A stretch of DNA of 64,000 bases from Stegostoma tigrinum (taxonomy: Eukaryota): assembly GCF_030684315.1 (NCBI RefSeq), contig NC_081396.1:4154001-4218000 (forward strand), read 5' to 3'. A program made the position numbers and the translations under genes. The first letter of the stretch is position 1, and every line of letters begins with the position of its first letter. This document shows, in pieces, positions 40,454-52,339 of the stretch. The notes under the pieces are model-generated. The model was not told the DNA's origin and ran no database searches. It was given only the letters and a program-made list of their open reading frames with translations.

Positions 40454-40492
40454 AACAGAGCGAGGAACAACGGCTGGACAACTACAAAAACA
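40454..40492 (+). promoter_or_regulatory. V(D)J recombination signal sequence, 23-bp spacer, defective heptamer
   Basis: AACAGAG (40454-40460; consensus CACAGTG), exact 23-bp spacer, ACAAAAACA (40484-40492). Confidence 0.9.
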
Positions 40493-40650
40493 GCTTGAGG
40501 AGCCACTTTCCGCATTCCACCGTAACCGAACAATTAATACATGGTTTCAAGGTGATATTGACGACTATAATGTGAAGTATACCGCAAACTGCTTCTTAGA
40601 ACACTCTCACAGTGAAAATGAGTCATTAAAACAAACAAACAAAATAGTGT

Positions 40651-41227
40651 GAGTGATAATGGGAACTGTAGATGCTGGAGAATCCAAGATAATGAAATGT
40701 GAGGCTGGATGAACACAGCAGGCCCAGCAGCATCTAGGGAGCACAAAACTGACGTTTCGGGCCTCGACCCTTCATCAGAGAGGGGGATGGGGTGAGGGTT
40801 CTAGAATAAATAGGGAGAGAGGGGGAGGCGGACCGGAGATGGAGACAAAAGAAGATAGGTGGAGAGGAGAGTATAAGTGGGGAGGTAGGGAGGGGAGGAT
40901 AGGAAGATCCCTTCCTCTCACCCATCCCTTCCTCCCACCCCAAGCCGCACCTCCATCTCCTACCTACTAACCTCATCCCAACTCCTTGACCTGTCCGTCT
41001 TCCCTGGACTGACCTATCCCGTCCCTATCTCCCCACCTGTACTCTCCTCTCCACCTGTCTTCTTTTCTCTCCATCTCCGGTCCGCCTCCCCCTCTCTCCC
41101 TATTTATTCCAGAACCCTCACCCCACCCTCCTCTCTGATGAAGGGTCTAGGCCCGAAACGTCAGCTTTTGTGCTCCGAGATGCTGCTTGGCCTGCTGTCT
41201 TCATCAAGCCTCACATTTTATTATCTT
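40651..41227. mobile_element. Fold-back Penelope-like terminal element (two inverted 3' ends)
   Basis: 40651-~40900 is the reverse complement of the distal part of ~40908-41227. Same family as the 3' end at 58700-59015. Confidence 0.88.
41131..41166 (+). ncRNA. Minimal type I hammerhead ribozyme motif
   Basis: CT-CTGATGA-A-GGGT-ctag-GCCC-GAAA-C-GTC-AG. Mirror copy on − at ~40748-40780. Confidence 0.7.
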
Positions 41228-41374
41228 TGTTAAAGATTGTCTCTTTTTCTCTCTCCCTCACCTTGAAATCAACAGCATCACCCATCCTAGAATAACCCCT
41301 TCACGCGAATGTCTGAGCGAAATAGCATGCAATCTTCCACCTCCTTTCCTTAAACTTGATGTCCCCTGTGCATC

Positions 41375-41680
41375 ATAGAATCCTGACAGAGTCGAAAGAA
41401 GCCATTCAGCCCTTTGCATCTGCACCGACCCAAAGAAATCTCCTTCCATCCCCGTCACCCTACTTGGGATTTTACAGGGCCAACCCAACTGACATTCAGA
41501 TAATAGGGCATTTTTAATCATGGCCAATCCTCCGAACCTGCAGATTTTTGGATTCTGTGGAAAACCACACAGCTACAGGGAGATATCCAAACTCCACAGA
41601 GACCATCGCCCAAAGTTGGAATCGAGCCTGGTTCCCTGTCATTCTGAAGCAGCACTGCCAACCAATGAGCCGCCCTGGAT
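41375..41680 (-). mobile_element. HE1/V-SINE-type SINE
   Basis: Reverse complement of a tRNA head plus TGTGGAGTTTG core, with a CR1-derived tail (GAATGGCTTCTTTC). Confidence 0.8.
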
Positions 41681-43799
41681 TATCCCTTCACTCCTCATAT
41701 TTCAGCTTACAACTATGGTTCAACATCTGGAAGTTCTGTTAGTTTTCTTAGCTACACTGACTACACCAAGCTCCGACTCAGTAACATATATCTTTCTTCC
41801 TCCATGGTCACTAAACAATCTGACTGATTATCCCACATCGAGTATTACATGATAGGAAACATCATCCAATTAAAAGCTGCTGAGATCAAAGTCACTGTCT
41901 TGGATTGTCATAACAAAAATATGGTTCTCAATTGACTCACTCTCTGCTTTTGAACTATGAGACGAAAGCACACGTTTCACAATCTCTGGCACATACTTAG
42001 CCACAATATGCGCTTCTGACCATATGTAATAATCATACCATTCCCAGATATTTCAATTCTATAGTGTTATCCATTGCTGCTTGACACAGCCCAACTGCTG
42101 GTGAACCCCTCATCCAACCCCTTGTTACCTACAGGCTTGAATATTCCTTTGCATTCCTGACTAGCCTCTCACCTGGCTGCAGGGGTTCATTCAAAAATCA
42201 GTTTACCATGTGTTTTCCCATACCCAGCCCTGCTCACCCACCATGCCTGTGCGTTGATATTTCTGAAATTTGTCTCGGGACACTTTCTAAACTGAATGTG
42301 TTATGTCAAAGAATTAAAAAATAAAATCAATTTCTAATAGACTGTTCAGGATTTCATAAAAATAAATACTTGGGTAAGTGAGTGGGGTCACATGACCCTG
42401 AATGACAAACGAGATCTGAGTTACAGAATGGCCTCCTCCTGTAACCCTGCTTTAAAATAAAGTTTGGGTCCCAGCACAAAGGACCGAGGCCATGAAATAA
42501 TGCGAAGTTGCCCTGACTGTCACTGCTCATTTGGGCACGTTCGCCCTTCATTCTCCATTTATTCCAGTTGTAAATTAAATTCACGAAGCTTGACACTGAA
42601 TATTATGTTTAGATTCCTTTCCACTTCCTGGAGCTGAGTGATTTGCTATGTGGGTTTTGAAAACTAAAAGCTGACCACGAGCAGTTTGTTGAATTATTTC
42701 ACCTTCCCATTCTCAGTTCATGCTGGGAGATTCAAGCTGATATACTCATGGATATTAATTGATCTGAGGCATCAGGAATTCAAGCCTTATCCCAGCTTCA
42801 TGGGAGTCAAAAAACTTTGTATAAAAGTGTGGAAAACTTGAAAAGACCGCTCAAATCATGTAGGATATGAATATGCAATCTACTGGTTTGCCGTCAGCAC
42901 ATTCATCGATTGCATTAGTACCCAATGCATATCCAACTTATACCTGCTGCAGAGTTGTGGTGTGATCGGGAAGATGATCCTTCACAAGGTGAGATAGAAG
43001 GAAGCATGATAATCATCACCGTTTCACTTTAATGGCCCCCATTTTGTGAAGTGGTGAATATCACTGGCAAAGGAAACACATTAGTCACAGTCGTCAGTTG
43101 TCTGCTTCAGTGTCAGCTCTCTCTGTTAGAAATTACCATCATTTTATTCAAAGTAACTTCGCGATTTTATAACCCACTAGTGAATCTATTTTCACACTTG
43201 AACCATGTTTTTTTTTCCAGGTGAGGCACCAAACAAATTCAAGGACAACCTTTTGGTGTTTTTTTCTCGACTGGAATCTGGAATCTGACAAGTTGAATGA
43301 CATCTTTGTTGGTGCAACACTTCAATGTAGTTGAGCAGCTCAGAACAGGTCGCTGCTACCATCGACCTGATTTGCACCTTGCTAAAGTATATTTTCTGAG
43401 CATCAGATTATCACAGCTCCTCATTCTTCACATTGAAATAAAGTGCAATAATACGAACTGTTACAAAAATTAGAGAGAGGCACATCGCTGCTGAAGTTGA
43501 CTTCGACATAATGAATACATACAAGTGTGTGTAGAATTTAGTTCACAACGGTTCATCTCGGCATCACTGGGGTTAACTGGCTTGGATTCATAGTTTGCAT
43601 CACCCATGTCTGGACATAACTCCAAATCAAGAAATGAAGATTAATTGTGAATTATCTGAATGAAAATTAATCCCTCTTTACAAATAGAACACCCATCTGG
43701 GATCTGCCAAAATCAGTCCAATGTGAGTTTTCTACAATCCCGAAGGACAATGATAGTAGATATGTGGGAACCTATCGTCCATCAATACCCTCAAAGAAC

Positions 43800-43995
43800 T
43801 CAACAATTCGAGTTTGAATATATTACTGTTGCTTCAGAGCCACTGAGCCTAAAACGTGAAACTCCATACCTAATATCATCAACGTTGCCCCTACGGGCCA
43901 ATGAATTCAATGATGAAAGAAGGTCACTCGCCACCTCCATATCTAGGGTAAATAGGGATGGGCAATAAAACATGTCCCAGTGAGTGACCTCCATA
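43800..43995 (+). mobile_element. CR1/L2-group LINE 3' end, degraded
   Basis: AGGGATGGGCAATAAA terminal motif. Confidence 0.5.
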
Positions 43996-44304
43996 TCCGA
44001 GACTTAATTTTCAGAAGTCGTCCTTACTCATCACAGACTTGCAATTGTAACATGTCCAGAGTTGAAGCCAGGAAGTGAAATTAAAGTGAAAGGCAATGAT
44101 GACTGTTAGGCATCGAGTAGGAAGTGAGTATGGAGCTGATTGTGCAAGGCTCAGTGTTGGTGCAAATTGTGGCTCACATATCACTCCCAGTCAATCACCA
44201 CAACGACACAGATCCTCTTGTGAGGACACACTTTGCATATTAACACAGTTTATGGTCCTGAGAGAATGAACATATCCTCTTCTTACCGTTAGTTTGCAGA
44301 TGAA

Positions 44305-45534
44305 AATCGATGGAACTCTGAATGCAATTGATCAGAATCAGGTAAACAATCCACAATAATTGCAAAATTTATTGTAACATCTTTGCTGCTTGACCAAATT
44401 AATGAATGATGGCGTTAGAGACATTGGGTAATAAGTTCGTCCTGTGTGCCATTACCATTATATTCCTCATTCACTGTGCATTTTATCTTGCCTTCCCTCA
44501 TTATTCCGATCAAACTGGCAATGAATGAGTTGCAAATATGAGCACAGAGTTTGTGAAATTGAGCAAGCAATCATTCAGTTGTTACGGTTCGCAAAGTAAT
44601 TCGGAACATTTGAAGGGGGACAAATCCAAGCGACAGTAATGAACATAAAAATAGGTTTAATTCAAGTACAGAAAGCTCACTTCGTTCATTGGAGCCTTGT
44701 TCCACATTACGAGATTGGCTCAACACAGGGCATTTGAAAGAAGGTTGCGCAAGGAATCATCAATTTAAGGTACAGATACTAATATAAGTTTTAATATCAG
44801 TTTTAAACCAATTTCAGAGGAGACTGCCTCCTTTTGTGTATTTCCTTGGAGAATATTCACCTGACAACTGTCCACTGTAAAAGCAAGAGTTTTGAAAGTC
44901 TTGCTGATCAAGATGGAAACAAAACAAAAACACTGAGCAACTGTGCGCTACTGGTTCACAAAGAGGGCAAATAGTTGGAGCCAGGCCAAGAGTATTGTGG
45001 TGTAGTTGATTAAAGCCTTTCCTGGGGTAACAGAAAGTCCTGGATTCAAGCGCCCATTAGTATCTGTACCTTAAATTGATGATTCCTTGCACAACCTTCT
45101 TTCAAATGCCCTGTGTTGAGCCAATTTCGTAATGTGGAACAAGGCTCCTATTGACGAAGTGAGCTTTCTGTATTTGAATTAAACCTATTTTTATGTTCAT
45201 TACTGTCGCTTGGATTTGTCCCCCTTCAAATGTTCCGAATTACTTTGCGAACCGTAACAACTGAATGATTGCTTGCTCAATTTCAGAAACTCTGTGCTCA
45301 TATTTGCAACTCATTCATTGCCAGTTTGATCGGAATAACGAGGGAAGGCAAGATAAAATGCACAGTGAATGAGGAATATAATGGTAATGGCACACAGGAC
45401 GAACTTATTACCCAATGTCTCTAACGCCATCATTCATTAATTTGGTCAAGCAGCAAAGATGTTACAATAAATTTTGCAATTATTGTGGATTGTTTACCCG
45501 ATGCTGATCAATTGCATTCAGAGTTCCATCGATT
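44305..45534. repeat. Long inverted repeat: arms 44305-44783 and 45056-45534 (479 bp each), 272-bp spacer
   Basis: The arms are reverse complements with about 10 substitutions and no indels seen by eye. Confidence 0.95.
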
Positions 45535-45979
45535 CACAATTCATTGAGGAAGTAATGTCTCTTCACATCAGTCCAAAGCAACAGGCATGTTATCTGGCGA
45601 ATGTAAAACCAATTAGCAGCCACTCCTGGCAGAGTGTGAAGACCCTCTCAGCAACACCACACTGAGACTATTCACAAATTTTGTACTTTTGAAAGAATAA
45701 AAATGAAACGCAACAGAGAAGGACAGTGGCACTGAGAATATCAAAGAGGGTGAGTTAGACACACCGAGGCCAAGAGACACAAAGCGAGACATATCATGAG
45801 GTAGGTGCTGTAAGGACCAATTTTCCATTCGACGTGCTTGTTCAGTGACACAAAGAAAACCAGCCAAACAGAGTATTTCACCACTTCAGGGCAAAGGGAG
45901 GAACATTAGACCCATCTTTTAAGTTTGTAAAATGGACTGTTGCAATTTGATGCGAGACAGAGTTTGATAAAAATGCTGA

Positions 45980-46175
45980 TTCGACAGATCAAATTGATTT
46001 CTTTTCCCTCCAGATTTTTAAAATGCAGTTGCATAACTTTGCTAATTCTGCAGAAGGCCCACTGAATCTGGAATATGAACTCCGTTTTCGAGACACAGAC
46101 GCTGCCAGATGTGTTGAGTTTCTTCAGAAAGTTCAGTTTTTGCTTCAGATTTCCATCATCCACTGTTCTTTATTT
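45980..46175 (+). mobile_element. Degenerate Penelope-derived terminal fragment
   Basis: CACAGACGCTGCCAGA…TTCAGATTTCCA motif shared with the other Penelope-derived ends. Confidence 0.45.
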
Positions 46176-46559
46176 TGTTTTAACATGTATAAAGTATGGG
46201 ATGACAGATATTCTTTTGACGTCTGTACAGCTTAGTTCCTGTTAAATTAACTATATCCTGACCATTAGACCTCTGGCCAACAAACATGCGTCTGTTCTAC
46301 TCCAAGTTTCCAGCGCTTGGCCTGTAGCCTTGTATACTCTGACGTTCCAAGCGTTCATCTCAATTATGTTTTCCCTTTTACACTTTAATCTGGAACAACA
46401 CAAGGAATGCGACTGGATTTTCAGATGGTCAGACTGTCTTCACTTCCCCTTGGGAAGCTGATCCTCATTTCACTCACAGAGGGAGACATACAGACAAACT
46501 CTTCGAGAGAGACAGGGACCTCGTGATGAGACCAGTGCCCAGCTATTCACGTGATCGCT

Positions 46560-46850
46560 GCCTGGCAGGTTTGATTTATCGAGCATTTAAAAGATACACA
46601 GAACGTTTGCCCTACTCAATGGAGGCTTATTTGGTAAGGGCAAGGAGCGTATTTAGGAGCTGCAAGGGACTATTTTCAGACGAGGCATTGAAGTTCATTA
46701 CCATCAGAAACTGCATGGATGGTCACTTGAAATACCATAGCCATGAATGAGATGGACAAGTCCTTGAAAATGTGGCCAATGTAGATTTAGTGTCATGATG
46801 TTTCTGCAGATTCATTGGGCTGAAGGGACACTTCTGAAATGATGATTGCA
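46560..46850 (+). mobile_element. CR1 3' fragment
   Basis: Degenerate CR1 C-terminus and 3' UTR (GGGCTGAAGG). Confidence 0.5.
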
Positions 46851-47939
46851 TGATTTAATGCAAACTGTCCAGTTATGTTCAATTTTGCAGAATTACACCC
46901 CGAATGGGCTCGAGTGTGTTTAACAGAGCTGTCGTGTTGTACTGAGCACCCAATAGATTAGATGGATTGTTTAATGTAAATATTCTTGAAATGTGCAAAT
47001 AGCTGGAAATAACTCTCAAACACAATTCTCCTGTGACATCCACCCTCTCTCCAGCCATACACTAACCTTCACGCTGGTGGAATCTATTATGTTCACGTTG
47101 TGAACTAAGCTGTGCTTGAAGTTCCTTTGCCACTCCATACTGCATCTCCACCGCTGTCGATAACTCCAGATTCGTGTCAGAATTCTTAAACTTTGCATTA
47201 TCTCTTTCTCCAACAGCCCCCTGAGTGGAGGTAACTGAATATGTTAGTTGCTCCACCATGATTATGGTATTTTGCTGGATATGAATCTACTCATATTGCT
47301 AATGAACACAACAGCTTCAGTGGACGATCACTGGGAGCTGTTATGGGAGAAAGGATTTCTCACTTACACTCAGGACTTTCTTTTGTCTTCAGAGATGAAG
47401 GAATGCTGCACATGCTCTGTATCTGTCTGCTCCTGTTTGTGCCCTGTCGACAAAAGAGGAACCATCACAGATCCAGATGTCCTTCTGCTTGTCACCTGTT
47501 TTCAATCTAACGTGAATCGTCAGCGGGCAATGTTCGTCTCAAACAGTGGGATCAATATTATTCTCCACAGTGATGTTTGACCTTGTCAGATGAGTCACTG
47601 ATCGAATTAATGTATTTATCAAGTAAATTTGTGGGAGTATAACATCTCTTCTCACCTTTGATTTTAACATCCATTCCTGCACAGTATGGCCAGGCTGAAG
47701 TATCTGTATCCATGAACGACCTTGACAAACAAGTGGAAGCACGTATGAGTGAGCCGAATCAAAACGTATTCTTTCTCTTCCAATAAGTTATATTTTATTG
47801 TTTCATTGATGTTCTGCATGTCTGTCCACAACTCCTTACGGACCACCACTTGTGAAAGGCCTCATGTTCACATTATTGTAACTATCGCAATGTCACATGT
47901 GCCCAGTAATTTTAAAATAAACTGAAGGAAAGAGTCTGA

Positions 47940-48370
47940 TATGTCATCTTGGCCATCTTGTTCACCTGTCCTGCTGACGTCAGGGGCACTTCACCATTTA
48001 CCCCAACATCACTCACTTATTTTACCAGTCTCAGTACCCTCTCGTGCATTGTGTATGACAAATGGATCATATTACACTTTTTTCCAAATTGAATTCCGTT
48101 TGTCACTTCTTAGCTCACTCCTCCAAATCATTGTTGTCTTCTTGAAGTCAGCAGAATCGTCTTCATTGTCAACTGCCCAGTCAAATTTGGGTTGTTTCCA
48201 AATTACACAATTATGCTCTCATGTTAGCTTTCAACATCAGTAATGAATAATGTGAAGAGCAAGGCTCCAAACCGGGCCCCTATGGAGCACTATTCCGTTA
48301 ATTCTAGTCAGTTATCAGTCATGATGAAAAGTATTCATGGCGTCAAACCTGCGTTTTCTTATTTCAATTC
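47940..48370 (-). mobile_element. Old CR1 fragment
   Basis: Degenerate RT-region sequence on −. Confidence 0.45.
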
Positions 48371-50054
48371 ATTTGCAAGCATTCACTAAATTTCCAATGG
48401 GACAATCAAGCATAAACGGGGACCAATAACCATGGATGTAGATTTTGAAAAAAAAGTAATCCTGAAATTTGTACACCAAATCTTTTCACAACCTTTGGAC
48501 CAGGGAATCACGCTCCAACTGAGAATTCTTTCTTGAAGTGGATTTATTCTTGCTTTGTTTTTCAGAAAATCGACAAATATTCGCAAACAGCAGCTCCAGA
48601 ATGACCATGACAGAGGCTTTTTGCCAAAACTGTGACGTGGGCCGATACATATCCAGCTGAGGGGGCAGAAAACTCTGTAGTCTCTGACCCAAGGGACTCC
48701 GACTCTCTCAGTTCTCTGCTGGTCTGCACTGTGCGCTCACGCTTTGCCATACAATGTTGATGTGCAAAAGGTTTGATTTAGACATTGAATGGAGGTAGTT
48801 TGAAATGTCAATTATTTTTGTTTATCAATTTCCAAGTTTCCCCAGGAAGTGGTGTATCAGGCATTGGGCTGTGTTTACAGATTGCAAATATAATATTCAA
48901 CTCCAGCATCTACAAGAAATTTCTAAAATCAGATTCCAGTCTGTGACTGGTTGGGGCATTAAATCTCCGTAACACGGAGCAGTTGTGGTGTTGAATGAAG
49001 GTCAGTTCATCCACCCTATCAAATGGAGAGTTCTGACAACAAATAAACGTGCTTCGGCTGCATCAAAGGCATGTTAGTTGTGATTTGACATTCTGCGTGT
49101 TAAGGTTTCTTCAACAAAACAACTAACAATACGATAAAATGTCCACTTCAAGAATGTTGAGGAATGATACAAAGACCCTGCATACGGACTGTACATGGGA
49201 GAGAGTCCGTCGTTGCTGAGAGACACGGTAATTTTTACACTGGTTTAACATGAACGGCAAGGATGACCAGACATCAGACTTAGGCACCAAAACTGTAGTA
49301 GATAACTCATAACTGACATTCTGTAGCTATTGTTGGTAAAAACTGCCTCTTCGGAATTGGTCTCTTCAGGAAACATCAAAGTTTCTTGCATGAAGTCAAG
49401 CAATCTGAGCATTTGAGGACTTTCCATCGATCTGAGCATAGTTTTGGCCTCGACAAACGGAATTGGCCTCCATAAAATATGATTTTCTTCGAGTAGCCAC
49501 AGACACAGAATGGACATACAGACATATCCACACAGACTGAATAACAGTCACAATGGAACAAAATGATATCTCCTTCGATGGATGAACAAAAACCACACTT
49601 CAAACAACAAATATTGACACACTGGAGGTTGCATGTCATCGAAATTTGAGAGATCATGTGTCTTCATTATCTTTCAGGTGGGACAATAAACGATATTTTG
49701 AGGGAAATAAGAAAGCACTAATTATCACTACACTTCTCTCTGAACAATTTCCTCTCAAAAGAGATGAATAAAAATAAATGACAAGGAATTGACACATTTT
49801 GCTCAACGGTGACTATGATATGGTACTAATTAACCCTGTCCATTTTCAATGATTTGCTTCATTATATCTGGTTACACCAGTCGAAGGAGATGATGTGGAA
49901 AAAAAAACAACAAAATTGTTTTCTCTGTCGATGGTATTCAGAGATGCATTGTTGATATTTTGATGGTAGATGCAAATTCTGTGTTTCTCCAGTAGATGGC
50001 AGTGGAGACTGACAGTCGATAATTCATTGAACACATTCAGACCTGTTATCGAGT

Positions 50055-51300
50055 TCAGAACAGAGAAAAGTGCAGCACAGTACAGGACCTTCGACCCACG
50101 ATGTTGTGCTGAAATTTGACCCAAATTCTAATGTCTATAAAACATCTACCCCTACCTTATACTGTCATCCAAATGCCTTGCTAAATGACCCTAATGGGGC
50201 TCAATCCAATACTCTCTCTGGCAATGCATTCCATGCTCCTACCACACCCTGAATAAAGAACTTGTCTTTGATGTCGCCCTTATATCTAGCTCCACTCACT
50301 ATAAACCTGTGCTCCCTCATAAGAGCTACCTCCACACTAGGAAAAACGTCTTTTGCTTTCGACTTTATCTCTACCTCTGAATATTTTGTACACCTCTGCC
50401 AAGTCACCTCCCATCTTTCGTCATTCAAAGGAGAAAAGGCCAGGCTCTCTCAAACTTTCTTTGTAAGATCTTTCTACTATTCCAGGCAACATCCTGGTAA
50501 ATCTGCTCTGCACCTTTTTTGAAAGCTTCCACATCTTTCCTGTTCTGAGGGGTCCAGAACTGGGCACAATGCTCCAAATGTGGCCGAACCAGGCTTTTGT
50601 GTCGCTGGAGCATTTCTTCGTGGCTCTTGAAATGAATCCCTCGATGAATGAAAGCTAAAACATCATATGCGTTTTTAACAGCTCTAACCACCCGGCTGGC
50701 TGCTTTCAGGGAACGTGTGGACATAAACCCCGAGATTCCTCGGCTCCTCCACACTGACAAAGAATATTTACATTGACCCTATATGTCCTTCCAAAGTGAA
50801 TCACCTCACACTTTTCAGGGTTAAACTCCTTCAACCACTTCTCAAAAAAGCTCTGCACTCAATCAATGTCCCGTTGCATCCAAGGATAGCACGCCATGCT
50901 GTCCACAACACAACGCATTTTCGTATCATCCGAGAGCTTGCCAATCCACCCTTCCACTCCTTCAACCAATTCATTTGCAAAATTCACAAATAGGAGCGGA
51001 CCCAGGGAAGAACTTTGTGGTGTACCACTTGTGACTAAGCACCTTTCTGTATATTTTTTCTCCATTACCACCCATTGTCTTCTCAGGGTCAGCCAATTCT
51101 GAATCCAAGTGTCCCGCATCCCATTCCTCCATAACTTCTGCATGAGACGACCATGGGGTGCATTATTCAACGCCTTACTTTAACACATGCATATCACAAA
51201 CACTAATCTCCCTTCACCTACTTGCTTGGTCAACTCTTTAAATAATTCGGTAACGTTTGTGAGGCTTGATCTACGCCACACAAATCCACGTTGACTATCA
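50055..51300 (-). mobile_element. 5'-truncated CR1 LINE (related to the 1660-5277 family)
   Basis: ORFs PHGRLMQKL…SGTPQSSSLGPLLF…DDTK; LVRPHLEHCAQFW; FFIQGVVGAWNALP. Confidence 0.9.
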
Positions 51301-52230
51301 CGAAACAAATTGTGCCTTTGCAAAAAGTACATGGCATAAACAACAGGACTGAAAATAGTTTTACAAAAGTGAAGTCTTGCCTGATAAATTACGTGGAATC
51401 ATTTGATAACGTGAAAATACAAAATAAGGAGGGATTGTACAAGGCGCCACATGAAAGAAAACTTAATCAAATAAGAGGCCTTGGCTTTGGAGGTAGTACA
51501 TTAGCGTGGACAGGGGATTGGCGAAATCAAAGTAGGAAGACTTTTGGATGAAGAGTTGTCTGACAGGATGTCAAATTCGAGGTCATGTAGTATCACATGA
51601 ATCAGTGTAGAGAACACAAATATTTGAAATAAACAATAATGACTCAGGCGAGAAAAGTCAATGCACTGTCAGTAAGTTTGCAAACGAAACAAAAAAAAAC
51701 AGAAAAGTTCAAGATTGAGTATGACACAAAACAGACAGGACCACAAAGTCAGCAAAAATAGAATTTGGCATATTAATGCAAATTTAATACAATAATTGAG
51801 AATAGATGGAAAAATCGAGATTATACAGTTTGATAGCAAAATAGAGCAGCTAAATTTGATACAAATTTAAAAAAAAAACAATAATTTCAGAAATCAGCAT
51901 AAGAAATTTGGGAGTCCTATTCCTTGAATCACAAAATATTTATTTTTTTAAATTTCGCTGTTAATAAGAAAAGCAAACCTGGTGTTGTGCTTTATTTCAT
52001 ATCTAATGTAACATTGAGGGTAGGACAGAAGAATTGAACACATGTTTGTGTGGCTGATGATGCCTTTCAGGGGATAAATTTCATCTTTAAGGACCACTGG
52101 GATCTCTTCAGTGGGAAAAATGACTTGTGCAAGAGGGAAAAACTCCACACGTATTGAAAAAGGACCAATATCTTACAAGGGGAATGTGCTAATGTGACTT
52201 CGGGAAGTTTAAATTGGTAAGCAGAGAAGT
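51300..52230 (+). mobile_element. Old CR1 remnant, paralogous to ~1-950
   Basis: ORF SFTKVKSCLINYVESFD…KAPHERKL. Inverted homology to the window start. Confidence 0.7.
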
Positions 52231-52339
52231 ATTGCATTGTGGAACCAAAGCAAGAGTAAAAAAAAAAGTAAGGTTGAGACCAATACAGTAGGTAATGTGA
52301 GCAAGCTTAACAGTCAATGCTGACAAGAGATTGACAGAG

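Noticed and set aside
40543-40614. Possible D segment between GGTTTCAAG…TAATGTG and CACAGTG
   Set aside because: The 5' spacer is 16 bp rather than 12 or 23, and both signals are poor.
44992-45065. tRNA gene candidate
   Set aside because: Only A/B-box-like motifs and no proper cloverleaf; best explained as a SINE head.
47062-47259. Minus-strand ORF beginning VEQLTYSVTSTQG, superficially like a V-domain N-terminus
   Set aside because: Lacks the Cys, Trp and YYC motifs and any RSS.
48560-48610. Minus-strand leader-like MVILELLFANIC
   Set aside because: No splice donor or downstream exon identified.
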